DNA from: Paragordius varius
Taxonomy: Eukaryota > Animalia > Nematomorpha
Reading direction: 5' to 3'
Length of the DNA stretch: 64,000 nucleotides
Assembly (NCBI GenBank): GCA_964247055.1
Contig: OZ176050.1
Span: forward strand, 3,410,001 to 3,474,000
Positions 12,801 through 24,967 of the stretch are shown piece by piece. The notes beneath the pieces were generated by a model that was given only the letters and a program-made list of their open reading frames with translations, was not told where the DNA came from and did not search any database. A program made the position numbers and the translations under genes. Positions within the stretch are counted from its first letter, which is position 1. Each line of letters opens with the position of its first letter.

Positions 12801-15800
12801 ATCAATACTATGATATGAAAGATATTTGTGCCTTTTTGACTGAATCCGATACTTATAATCTCTATAATGATGGAGTATTATTCAGGTAATATTGCGATGG
12901 CATAAACAACTGATTAAGTATTTCACCAATATTTTATACTATGGCCAAACAATTTAACGTTAAAATTTTTGGAATCAAAAAAACTTACCAAAAATTATAT
13001 AAACTTTTACAATAAATAGCGGTGTATATTTGGTGCGCATCAATAATACAGTATATGAAGGGATTGCCTTTCCATATTCGTCTGACAGTTTGGAAGGAGT
13101 AACGATTCTTAGCGATTTTAAGCCATTCAACCCGGAAGTTCTTAAAGACTTTGTCAATGATGAAGAAAATGTACAAATTGCTTTAAATGAGGTATTATTT
13201 AGTTAAATATAATTGTTAACTAATTAATTTATTAATAAGCCACAAATATATTTCACATCAACATATATATACACATATATATTTATGTGCTGTTGATGTT
13301 GAACTTGCAGTCGATTATCGACCATTAGCAATTTAAAGGAAAACTTCCTTCTCTCGGTTCTGTGGTGGGCTTTTTGAGATAGTTTTTGCAGTATTTTGGA
13401 AAATTATAAAATTTCGTCTATCCACCGAATACGTCTTCTTGCCATTTACTTTTCCTAACATAATATCCTTTTCCAAAAAATGTCCTCAAATCATGTGTTA
13501 AAAATAACCGAATTTTTGTTTAATTATTTTACCACGAAGCGTTGTTTGTGCGTTGATTTTGTTTGCAATATCAATCTTCACTTTGTCCTTCCATGTGATG
13601 CAAGTATTTTTCTCCAGCAAAACAATTCAAAAGCATTTATTCTTTTCTTGTCATCACCTTTATGACCAGCTTTACAGCCGTATCACATAATAAGAAATAA
13701 GCGTTTATTAATTGGATTTTTGTTTTTGGATTTATATCATGCGATTTCCATATTTTGTAATGTGAGGCTAGAGCGCATTTGGCGATAGATATGCGTCTTT
13801 TTATGCCATGTGAACTTGAGCTTGATTTGTTGATAATGCTCCTAAGGTATATGTATTCGTTGACCACTTAAATTGTTTCGTTATTAATCCCAAGCGGGTC
13901 ATTGATATAAGGGGAGTTGATGTGTAATATTTCTGTTTTATTGGGATTCAGGATTGTATTTTTTGCACTCATTTATGAAAAATTGGAAGACTGTTTTCAA
14001 CGCTTGATTGTGAATTGGCTGGGATTAGCGTGTCGTCGATGTAGTGGGGAGTTGTTAGAGTGTGATCACCTCCCTGTATCCTGGAAGATTTAGATTTATC
14101 GTGATGCATTCCAAAAAAATGCTGAAAAACATGGGAATAAAATACAGTCTTGACGTAAACCTATGTTCATTGGGCATGTGGGTCCATGCGGGGTGCTAAG
14201 TAACTGTTATGAATTCGCGTATATGGAATTAATTTGTTTGATTAAGTGTACGGAAACTTCTATTTGTTTAAGGGCCGTGTTAAACAGTATCAACGGCCTT
14301 AGAGAAATCCACGAAGCATAGGTGTAACTCATTTTGGGATTCATAGTTTTTTTCCATCATCTAATGTTTGAGATCACATCTCGGCTTTCTTTTTTTCTCT
14401 AAAGCCCGTCTGTGTGAGATTTCCTGGTTAGTATAGGTTTGTAGACGATTTTGTATTAGTTTTAGAAACATTTGTTAGATTTTGTTAATTAATGCTATTG
14501 TGCTGTAATTTTCACACAGTTTAGGATCGCCCTTTTTGAATGTCGCGACCACTAAAGATTTTTTTCAGTCCGCCAGGAATTACTGAAAATTTTTTGGAAT
14601 GAGTGAATTAATTTTAAGGATATGCTTAGTAGTTCTGTAGGAATTTCGTTATATTCTTCTGCTTTGCCAGTCAATGAATGCCTCAGGGCCCAATCAATTT
14701 CTTCCTTCAGTATTGGTGGCTTTTTATTTGTTCAAGATTTTTTCCAAAGTTTAATTACTTCTTTCCTATCAGTCAGAAGTTTTCCATTAGGGTGAGACAT
14801 GGGGCTGTACATTTGTTTGCGCGGGTAAATATCTTTAATGTAAGAGAGTAGTTGCGGTTAAATTTGGCAGGTTGATCTAGGTTAGCGCAGATTGTATTAT
14901 AATGAGATTCTTTGTCGGATTTAATGCTTTTTTGTAGTTTATTATTAATATTTATATATTCAATGGGAGTGCTTTTAGCTATTCTTCTCTGATCGATTAG
15001 GTAGATGCTTTGTTGTGATATGGTAGATTTTTTATTTTTGGTTGGGCAAGCGGTATAGCTTTGACTGTTTCAGTGGTAATATTTTATGCTGACCAAAGTT
15101 ACTCAGTATTAAATGATTCATGGTTTAAGGATTGGAATTTATTGTTAAGGGTGAAATCAGCAGATACTAGATTATAGTTTTTGGTTGGCAAAATTTTTTG
15201 TGGATGTTGAAGTCTTAATTTTATTTTTTTTGGGCAGCTCGCATAGCATCTAGTGTTCTGGAATGAGCTTTAGTTTGATTGCATTCCAATATATAAAATA
15301 TTTGGCTTCGATATTTATGGAACGGTGAGGTCCAAGTGTAAAGGCGTCTATTAGGTTGTTTAAAAACTAATTTGCACTCAAAAATTTGTTATTGTCTATA
15401 ATCAATTAGTCATTCACCTCGAGGGTTTTTGGCTTTACCGAGACCTTTTTCCACCAGTTACCTTGTCTGTTTTATCGTTAGCTATGTAGTTAAAATTACC
15501 GATGTAGAAAGTTTCTTTTTTGGATGTTTCTCTGAGAGTTGTTTGTAAGTCATTATAGAAATTTTCGCCGTCTTCGGACGAGCACTCATGGGGGCATAGA
15601 CTTGATATATTGATATAGCCTGGGATTTCAATTTGTAGGGATATATTTTGATCGTAGATAGGTCTACATATATCGGTATGTTCAGCGAGAAAATTCGAAT
15701 TTAACTACATCCATTTCGTTTAAGCTCACCGTCTGAATTATAAAACGAATGACTGTGGCATTTATGAGTTATGTTGCATGTGTCTCCGACAGCCCCAACA

Positions 15801-16332
15801 CATAGATGTTTACATTTCATCACGCGTATTATATAAAAACGTATATTTCATGTCGCCATGTTTATTGTAAGGTTACCGTATTTCAAAGTTATTCTTTTAT
15901 ATTGGGTTTGTGGCTTAGTGGTGGTGTACTGTATAAAAATTAATAAAAAGAATCAGTATGATATTTCCACTGATGTTTAAAATAGTTTTTATAAAATAAT
16001 TTAGTTGTTTGGGTTAAAAACTGCCGATGTGCTATAAATTTTGGGTTTATGACTTGTAATCTGTGGTAAAGCGATAAACATTTTCTGTCATAAAAGTCGT
16101 GTAAAATATCTGGAAGATAAAGTGATTTTCTAAATGATGGAATTACTTTTGAATAAAAAACTGATAATGGATCGATGAATTATAGGATTGTAGTTAGCTA
16201 ATATTTATTTTGGATAATTTAATTTTAGATCAGTAATATAGGTGAAATAAGAAATTATTATAATACGATAAAAACCATTTATCACATAAAAAATTTCCTA
16301 GATATTTAAAGGTACACGCTTCCCAGGTGTGA

Positions 16333-16372
<40 letters not shown>

Positions 16373-17153
16373 ACTTCCGCTAGATCTCATTTTATTAGAT
16401 TTTTATATAAACCCTTTTTTGCTTTATAAAAAAATTTTGGAGAAAATATTGAATAACTAATTGAATTTGAATTTTTTAAGTAAGTTGGCACCTTGCCGGA
16501 AAAATAAAAGCTAATTTAATTTTGTGTATTCGCTGTGATCATGCGACACATACTTAGTGCAAATTATATCTAACACGGTCATCAACCGGTCATTACTAAA
16601 CAAATCAAGACTCTTAATTGCTAATATAAAACCGATTTAAGCAAATAAATTAAAACAACCAATTACTATGGCTTGTTAATTTATTTTATCAATATAATTT
16701 TAGAATGCTATTTTTATATATTTTAATTATTTCCCACCAAATACAAACAATATATATAATATTCAAAGGTAACCTTTGATGCTGCCGGACCCAATAACTA
16801 TCTAGTTATCTTCAATCTTTTTAACAATTCTGTAATCAATTTGCAAGCCAGAAAACAAAAAAAGGTATGTTTCTCTCATTAAACAATCATAAAATATATA
16901 TAATTTTCAATTCATATAGATTGTGGTCCATCAAAGCAATAGAGGTGTGAAGGTAAGCATTACAAAAGAGGATGATCGAGTTGATACTACTTTTTACAAA
17001 AACTATGTCGTTTTTAGCTTCCGAAAATGGGTCGCCAACGTACCGAGATCCGAGCAATCAGTATCATTGACGGGTCAGGTCGTTTTATATAAGAAGAATG
17101 CAATCAAGACATGTGATAACACCATTAAAGCAAATACAAATTATTTAGAATAA
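9863..17153 (+). CDS. Secreted protein of unknown function, paralogue 2 (complete, 8 exons, 344 aa)
   Basis: Exons 9863-9920, 10618-10688, 11438-11578, 11720-11897, 12801-12885, 13020-13191, 16769-16864, 16920-17153 sum to 1035 nt and are open. The N-terminus MYVLFVGLLFTLVHCISNQ is signal-peptide-like, followed by a TTTAPPPP linker. AATAAA near 17240. An alternative phase-1 donor 18 nt downstream of 11897 is possible. Confidence 0.85.
10950..11217. mobile_element. ~270-bp MITE with CAG(A/T)GGCGT(G/A)GCT terminal inverted repeats (hAT-like termini)
   Basis: Left end cagaggcgtggct; right end agctacgccactg (reverse complement cagtggcgtagct). No clean 8-bp TSD remains. Confidence 0.65.
13285..15900 (-). 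mobile_element. Decayed RTE-like LINE inside intron 6 of paralogue 2
   Basis: Minus-strand endonuclease remnants (~15200-15520, ...PNRRLYTWTSP...) and RT remnants (LCFVDF/AVD region ~14300-14330; IKRRISIAKCALASHYKIWKSHDINPKTK). Absent from the homologous intron of paralogue 1. Boundaries approximate. Confidence 0.85.
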
Positions 17154-17444
17154 TGAAATACCATGGTGCCTTATTAATTAAACAAATAATTAAAATTAAA
17201 ATTATAGCATATGATACATATCCATAGTAATTTAAAAAATAAAATAAATTATGAATGATCTTGTTAATTTATCTTGGCATTCTTACTGTTTTTTAAGGGA
17301 TATTGATTTTGAAGTTATTTACAAATGTAGAATTAGTCGTAAATACTTTTAGTATCATCTTTCGAACAAAAATTCAATTCTTTAATTAACATGATGGTAG
17401 CCTGGTTTATGATTAATTCTACCTACATATAATAGTTTTAACCA

Positions 17445-18415
17445 GAGCCCGGACCAGAACGTGGTTTCTGATATAACAGATATTCCTTCAGTATGCTTTC
17501 ATGCCGGTTTAGATTCCAAAATTTTAGGGACCAACCCTGCTCCGGTTCTATTCTTTAAGTAGCTAGTTTCAAATTTAAATAAGTTTTTATTTTTTAAAAA
17601 ATAAATTTATTGTTTTTTTTAATAAAAGTTTATTGTATAACAATTTTTTAGTGTTTATCAAAATAAAATGTAAAATGTTGTTCAAATTATTTAAAAAAAT
17701 GATCATATGATAACATTTTTTTTCTTATACAATGGCAATGAAATTACCGTAACTATTTTTTAATAATCTACCTTTAAGACTTAAAAACCATAGATACGAA
17801 GATTTTTTATTCTATACATTAATATTGTTTGAAATAAACTTTTAGTTACAAACCATAAATTATATATTGGGCTCTACTCAGGAAAGGTAAAATACTATGT
17901 ATCCGGGTAATGCATTCTTATATTATCCTAAAAATTTAAAAGTAACTTACAAATAATTTTATAATATCTAATTTTAATAAAACCCATGGGGTATAAAAAC
18001 CCAAAACAGAAAAAATGCGGCAAACAATATATGTCATTCGAACAGCAGCCCCACATATTTTACAAAAATATTGAAATTTTATCATGTAATGTTGGATTAG
18101 CGGTATAGTGGTTCACAACACATTATTATGTGAAAGTTCCAATATAATAAAAACAAGGATCTCGTTATTTTATAAAATGTGATACTTATTTTAAATTTAA
18201 GCAGTCAAGTATAAATTAATTTACGTTGGGTCAGAAAAAATTGGCACCGGTTTTAGAGTCATTAAATATGGATTAACCCGGTTTTGGTTCTACTTGCTCA
18301 AGATCCCCCTATTACGGTTCCAAAATTTTAGAAACTACCTCTTCCATTTAAATTCCCAGGAACGAAACCGGTTCCAGATCCACTTTTCGAACCGTTCGAA
18401 GCACTGATCTTCACT
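17445..18415. mobile_element. ~1-kb non-autonomous DNA element with clustered GAACCGGTTC-like subterminal motifs
   Basis: Ends cagagc...gcactg. Both termini are rich in aaccggttc variants. The internal sequence matches 3470-3770 plus 6140-6480 and the dispersed copy at 41365-42455. Confidence 0.55.
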
Positions 18416-20387
18416 ATTCCCAAGATGTTTAGTATTTTGGTTTCGTATATTTTATCTTCTGAAAAAAGTAATTAATGTTTTCTAATTTCTTAAAACACAT
18501 TAGATTATTTATTACAAAGGCACCTTGAGTTTAGATTTGTATTTAAAAATATTTAAGCCTTTTTCGTTAAAAGATCAATCTTTAAATTCAATGCATATTC
18601 AAGTAAAATAGTTATGATTTAGCCATTGCTGCCTGACCGGACGGTACACCATATTTTTGGCAGCAGAGAAAAGACTAAACCAGGTGGTATATTTTTTCAT
18701 TATACTTTTAATAAAACATATTCATGCTACTTTTAAATAACATCTAGGCTCTAGGCACATCTTAGGTTTGTTAAAAATGCTTTCTGGTTTCTCTTGATCC
18801 ATAATAAGTCTGATATATATCGAGCATTTTATCAATAGCCAACAATAATTTTTTATCCATGAGATTAAACCTATTTAAACTTGCTTTTCCTCTGAACGTT
18901 TCTTATTTATCCACAAAGTCATACACCGTTTTCTAATTTTTCAATGGAGACATATCTTTATTTAAGACAAAATGAAGAGACGAGATTTTATGGTTTATAG
19001 GATTTACAAATGTTTTTTAGCCCTTGGCGTATACTCACTGACCTCTATTATTGATTATTACATTGGTTGATTGCCTTTATTTACTCCTATCATGGGAGAA
19101 AACATTTACCGTCAGACACAATAGAATTATTTGTTTGATTCCCCTATAAATTTTAGAGTTTCATAATAGAAAAACTCATTAAACAAAGGTCGTATTTAAA
19201 TTGCTACCACAAATTTTCCAAGTCTAATTTTCAATTATCCATCACATTCTCATTTCAATGAAAAATAATAAAATTCTTGACACCTTATTTCCCTCATTTC
19301 TTAATAGATCTTTTTGATGCATATAAAAAATAAAATAGCCAAAAAATTTGCATGGATCACTGGTTTAAAGATTTCTTTTACCCGAAAATTTGAGAAAGAA
19401 TTGGGCTAAATATAAATTTACACCCGAATATAGGAAAATTCTTAGGTGCATATAATCGGCAACGTATTATACAGTAAAAGTTTTACCACCAACCTAATTG
19501 GTTCAATTGTTACCGGTTAAAATTTTTTAAATACCATGCATTTCTGGCATCTAACCCTACAGAATCAAGAAAAACGGAAATAGAAATGAATAGATAGACA
19601 ACTTCTTCTGAAATATGTGACTGCTGTGAAAAATAAGTAAATGCAATAGATTTAGGTACTTATGGCAAAAATTCTAGTATATTTTGATGTCTGATATCCT
19701 CACAACATGTAAAATTTTGCATATTAGTTTCATTCCCAAATATAACATTTATATTTTAAATTCAGCCCTAAACATTTTAATTTATCTTTAAATTAGAATT
19801 TACGTTCAACATTTCAAAATCCTAAAACATGCGTAATTAATTAATATTTTATATTTTTAACATTTCGAATATACCCTTAAACTCAGATTTGCCCAAAAAA
19901 GAAATTGTTATTTTTGGAAAAGGAAATTTTGTTTGAAATTAACACATGTTTAAATTAAAAATGTTCGGGGGCGATCAATGGTGAATTCTAAGTGTCCAAA
20001 AATGAATCGAGGTGTAAACAGTATATATTTTTATATAGTAAATATATGCACTTTAAATTTAAAAGACAAAAAAGTTTTTTTAACTAATCCATAGAATAAT
20101 TATTGCCGAAAATATTCGGCTTTTTTAAGGAATTCAATTTAACGTGCATGGATTCAAAACTGATTGAATATAAAATGACAAATCTAAAAACACCCTAATT
20201 TATTTTTTAGCTATTACGGTTCTTATTAACAAAACTAATATTTATTTACTACCCGATGAATGCATGATGTTACAGATATTTATTATTTTTTATCTTATTT
20301 ATATATATACAATCATATTTTTGTACAGAAAAATATGCATAAAGGTAGGAATTATATATACACTGATAAGTAGTAGACAATAAAAAT

Positions 20388-20656
20388 TTAAGCCGCTTCC
20401 ACCTTAATTTTAATGGGCATTTCACTTCCGTCAGCATCACATTGATATAAACCATAATCAGAGGCTTGGACATTCGGTATCAAAAGTGTGCCTTGCCTAC
20501 TTTGCGAAGTACTGAGAGATCCGTCGAGTCTGACCCATTTAGCATTGCATTCCGTTTGTCCTGGGATGGGGCAATTGCATTTTAAAGTTAAGGGTTTCCC
20601 GGGTGCTATTCGCACAACCGTTGGTGGAACAGTTTGTACAAACTTTGTTTGCAATG
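20388..20656 (-). other. Ig-like domain 3 (terminal exon)
   Basis: PGKPLTLKCNC...AKWVRLDG...GTLLIPNVQASDYGLYQC shows the Ig core Cys(B), Trp(C) and D-x-G-x-Y-x-C(F) pattern. Stop follows IKIKVEAA, with no TM segment. Confidence 0.9.
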
Positions 20657-23600
20657 CTATTTGCACACATTTAAATAATATTTTTTAGGAAAAGTTGGCC
20701 ATTTTTAAAATATGACTATTCTAAATAACTTTTTAAATCTAAACTATCTTTCTTATTAACCTTATGTTTATTTTCTTGGGACATTAAAAAGATTGGACTT
20801 ATTTCATAGCGCAGATTATATCTAAATTTGGTTAGTATGTGATATATAAGTGATATTATATATGTGCATATATAATTTATTTATTCTATATGGCATTATA
20901 TACATAATCCAGGTAAGTGCATGATATTGTGCCAATATCAAAATAATTTCATGCGTGCTGCTGTGATTTACATATTAATATATATACAGTATCAAAACTA
21001 GGGTGCAAATTAGTAAAAAATATAAAAGATTTATATAAGATTGATGGCAATATCAGTTAAAATTAACCGGTTACAGGAGATACAGCTGTTACAGACGGGA
21101 CAATGGAAGATGCGACGCCTAAAAGAATAGCATAAAAATATGAATTATTATTGCAGGGAATCTATGTATTTTATCAATATTTATTTAATAATAATTCTCT
21201 CAAAATAGCCAACTCTTTGGCACGTATATGCATTTGGACTCACAAAAATCATTTGAATTGCATTAAAAGTAAAACCCTTACACAGCCTCTCTAAATTAAT
21301 TGTTTATTGTTTTAATAAATTAAAAATGATTTTTCCCTTCATGGAAAATATTTTATAATATTCATAAAATATACCCGAAGATACAGGAAAACTTCCAGTT
21401 AAAACTGTTGATGCACTCGGAGGCTCAGTAACAATCTCTGCGACTGTAACAATAGTTGTCAATTCAGGGAGAGCGGGTTGAGATACAAGGCTGGCTGTTG
21501 GAGCTTCTGAAATAACTTGACCAGCCGCAACATTTTCTATATTAAGCAAAAATAAAAGAATTGTTATTTTCAAATTTTGGTATTGAGATTATAAGAGTTG
21601 AATATATAATCGGATAAACTTGTATGTAAAATTTTAATAAATTTCTCATTACACACGCTTCTTTTTTTAATATATATTTTAACCTTAAAATGGTTAAATG
21701 CTATATATAAAAGAGCTTTGTTCAAATCAAATATCAATACGATTTTAGTATTCAATTAAAATTAATTCGTACCAACTGGGGCCACATTAATAATTGGGGA
21801 GGGTGGTTCAGTTACAACCTCGGCTACTGTGATTACAGTTGTGGCTTCTGGAATGACAGATTCGGATATTACCGGTTGAGGTTGAACTGGAGCTAAGAAT
21901 TGATATAATTTTATAACAATGCGAATTAGGGAATATAGAAATATTTACAAATTAGTGATATTGATGGATAAATATGGTTAAATTTATGATATTTACAATA
22001 CCCGATATTGGTTGAGCTATATTAGTACCTGTTTGTGAGGGTATAATGACAGGAACAGGGGCTGGAATTATAGTTTGAACTAATAATAAAAAAGATTGTA
22101 TTTATTTTCATTTTGATTAATTAACTTCAAATATCAATGATTCCGATGGTTTATCAAATTGTCATTAAATTATTTTGTTAGATATAATTTAAGAAGTGTA
22201 GTACCTGGACCGACTACAGTTGGGGTCACGATTTCTGTGGATGGTATCACGAGCTGTTCTGATATCAATGAATCAATAGGTGTTGCAGCATCTAATCAAT
22301 AAATTAATAATTGTATATTTATAATTAAAAATAGGGAAATCTGTTAAAAAATTCATCATTATAAAACAAAAATGATTCATATACTTTCTAAAGATTCTGT
22401 AACGATTTCAATGGGGGGTGTGGTGGCATAATCAATTTCAACTGGGGCGGGAACTGGTTGTTCTATAATTATATAAAAATATTATTCAAATATTTTTTTC
22501 ATTTTTGTTATTATACTATCAATGACTTAATATGAACCTGGGGCGACTATGGGCTGTGCCGTTTCTCCAACTACAATGGGTGCTGGAACTATTGCTGTAT
22601 GAAATAAAATAAAAAATATATATTGTTACAGTTTTGGAATCAAGTTTGAGTCCCGAATTATTATTAACTAAAATCTGTAATAGACTTCTTTTTAAATATT
22701 TTTGACCTTTGGTAAGCTTTTTTTAAAACAGAAATTAAGTAACCTGGCGCGACAGCTGCAGAAGGCGGTTCTGTAATAATTTCAGTTACAGTTATAACGG
22801 AAGGGGCTTGGGATACGGTTTCAGAAACAACCACCGCTATCATATAACGATAAAAAATTATATGAATTTTTAAAAATACAGCGGCCCGAAAAATTATATA
22901 ATTTATATACGTGATTGTGGTGCATCAGGGACTGAAGGCGCTGCTATGGGAATATATGATAATTTATGTAAATATTACATTAACTAGTGATCTCTTAAAA
23001 ATAATTTTTAAAATGTGATATATTTTTTCAGAGTATTTTATACCTGGTAAAGGTTCGACGGATTGGGGAACTTCTTGAACAGCTGGAGGGAGTGGAACAG
23101 CTATGGATTTTAAAATAAAAGTATATTTATTGTAAAAAAATATTTGTAAACTCCATATAGTAAGAAAAAGTTAGCAAGTTTTAACATTTTAGTTTTAAAA
23201 AAAATGTACCACCAAGGCCTGGGGCGGCAACTAGAGGGGGTTCGGTAATTATCTCAGTAACAGTTATTACCGATGGTGCTTCTGACACACTGGATTGTAA
23301 AACAACGGGGGCTATATATTTTAACACATATCCGATTACAAAAATATACTTTTTGACTAAAATATTTATAGTCAAATAACTTAGATAAAATCAATAAACA
23401 TCATTAAAATTCACAAAAAAAATTTTCCCCAATTTATCTCGAAAACCACCAGTTTTAGATATTGTTTAATTTCATGATAAGAATTTGGACTCAGAACTGG
23501 AACCGTTTTTTGGCTCCGGCCGATTCTGGTTCACATGTAAAAAACGGTTTGGGACATATGTTATTTGATAAATATTTGTTGAACAAATAGTTTTGATCTA

Positions 23601-24935
23601 TATTCCATAATTTTAAAGTTATTAATTATAGTTGGGATGGTGCGATGAATTATATATAAACAAAAAATCTCTGCAATCTGAAACCTATAAAATATAGATT
23701 TATTGTATACAAATAAAAACTATAAATAAGGGTAACATTATTAATTATAAAAAGAAAAATGAAAAAACTATTATCGAAACCTCGGTTTTAGCTCTAAAAC
23801 AGAATTGTTCAATTAGCAAACGGTAAAAAATAAGGTCATGGTACCGGTTCCATATAAACCACTTCGGTTTCAATCCTTGAAAATTAAGGATTTTTTACGA
23901 CAAACGGATTATTTTGTTAAATCAGAAAGAACCCTTTACTATATTTATTCTCGAAATATAAATAATTAAATCAATAAATACCAGATGTGACTTGTTCGAT
24001 TAAAAAATTTTAAAATATTATTAAAATTTAAATATAAGTATAGTTAATAAATTTTTTAAAAAATATGACTGTATCTAAATAATACCTATTGATTCTGGTG
24101 CTGTTGGTGTAGGTTGTCCTATTTTTCAATTTAAATAAATATTTAACAGATAAGTTTCGACAAACAACAATTTGATTGATATTCGTTTGTTAAAAATTTA
24201 AATATCAAACATAAAAAAACCATATTTTATTATAAAAAGGAACCTGGTTGTAAAGCAGCACCTGCGGCTAATACTCCTGCAGCTGGTAAAGCAGCTAAAA
24301 TTGTTAGAAATAAAATGTTATATGTCAATTATATGTAACCTCCTGTAAAAAGGTAATTCAATTAATTATTATTGCATCAAATATATTCACCATTGTAACA
24401 AAATAACCAATCAAACATACAAGTTAGATATCAGCAAATAAAAATATAAAATCAAATGTGTATAATAATATCCACAAGTTAATTTTGTATTAATCTTTCA
24501 CATATTTTGTTTTGATTATTAAATACTTTGACCGTGCATAACTTCATTTGTCAAGCTATTATTTTATCCCGTAAAAAAGAGCACAAGGTACAATCATGCT
24601 AAGGCAACTAATGAAAAATTGAATAATTAATCAATAAAAAACCAAACCTTGAGGTCCTTCTGTAGGCTGCGCAACAGATTCCTGAGGTTGTACGGCGCTA
24701 ACCGCGCTTTCAGCTAAATCAAGAAATTATACAAGTTTAAACAAGATAGATATACACTTGATATTTATTACAAATCAGGCAGATATTGAAGAAAAATATT
24801 TCATTTGGAGTCGCTTAAACACGAATTTAATAATTACCAGGGGGAATTTCTACTGGTATTGGCGCTACAACTGGTGCGGATGGAGTTTCTAAAACAAAAA
24901 GGGTTACACATATTTTTTTAATTTATCATTAATCA

Positions 24936-24967
<32 letters not shown>

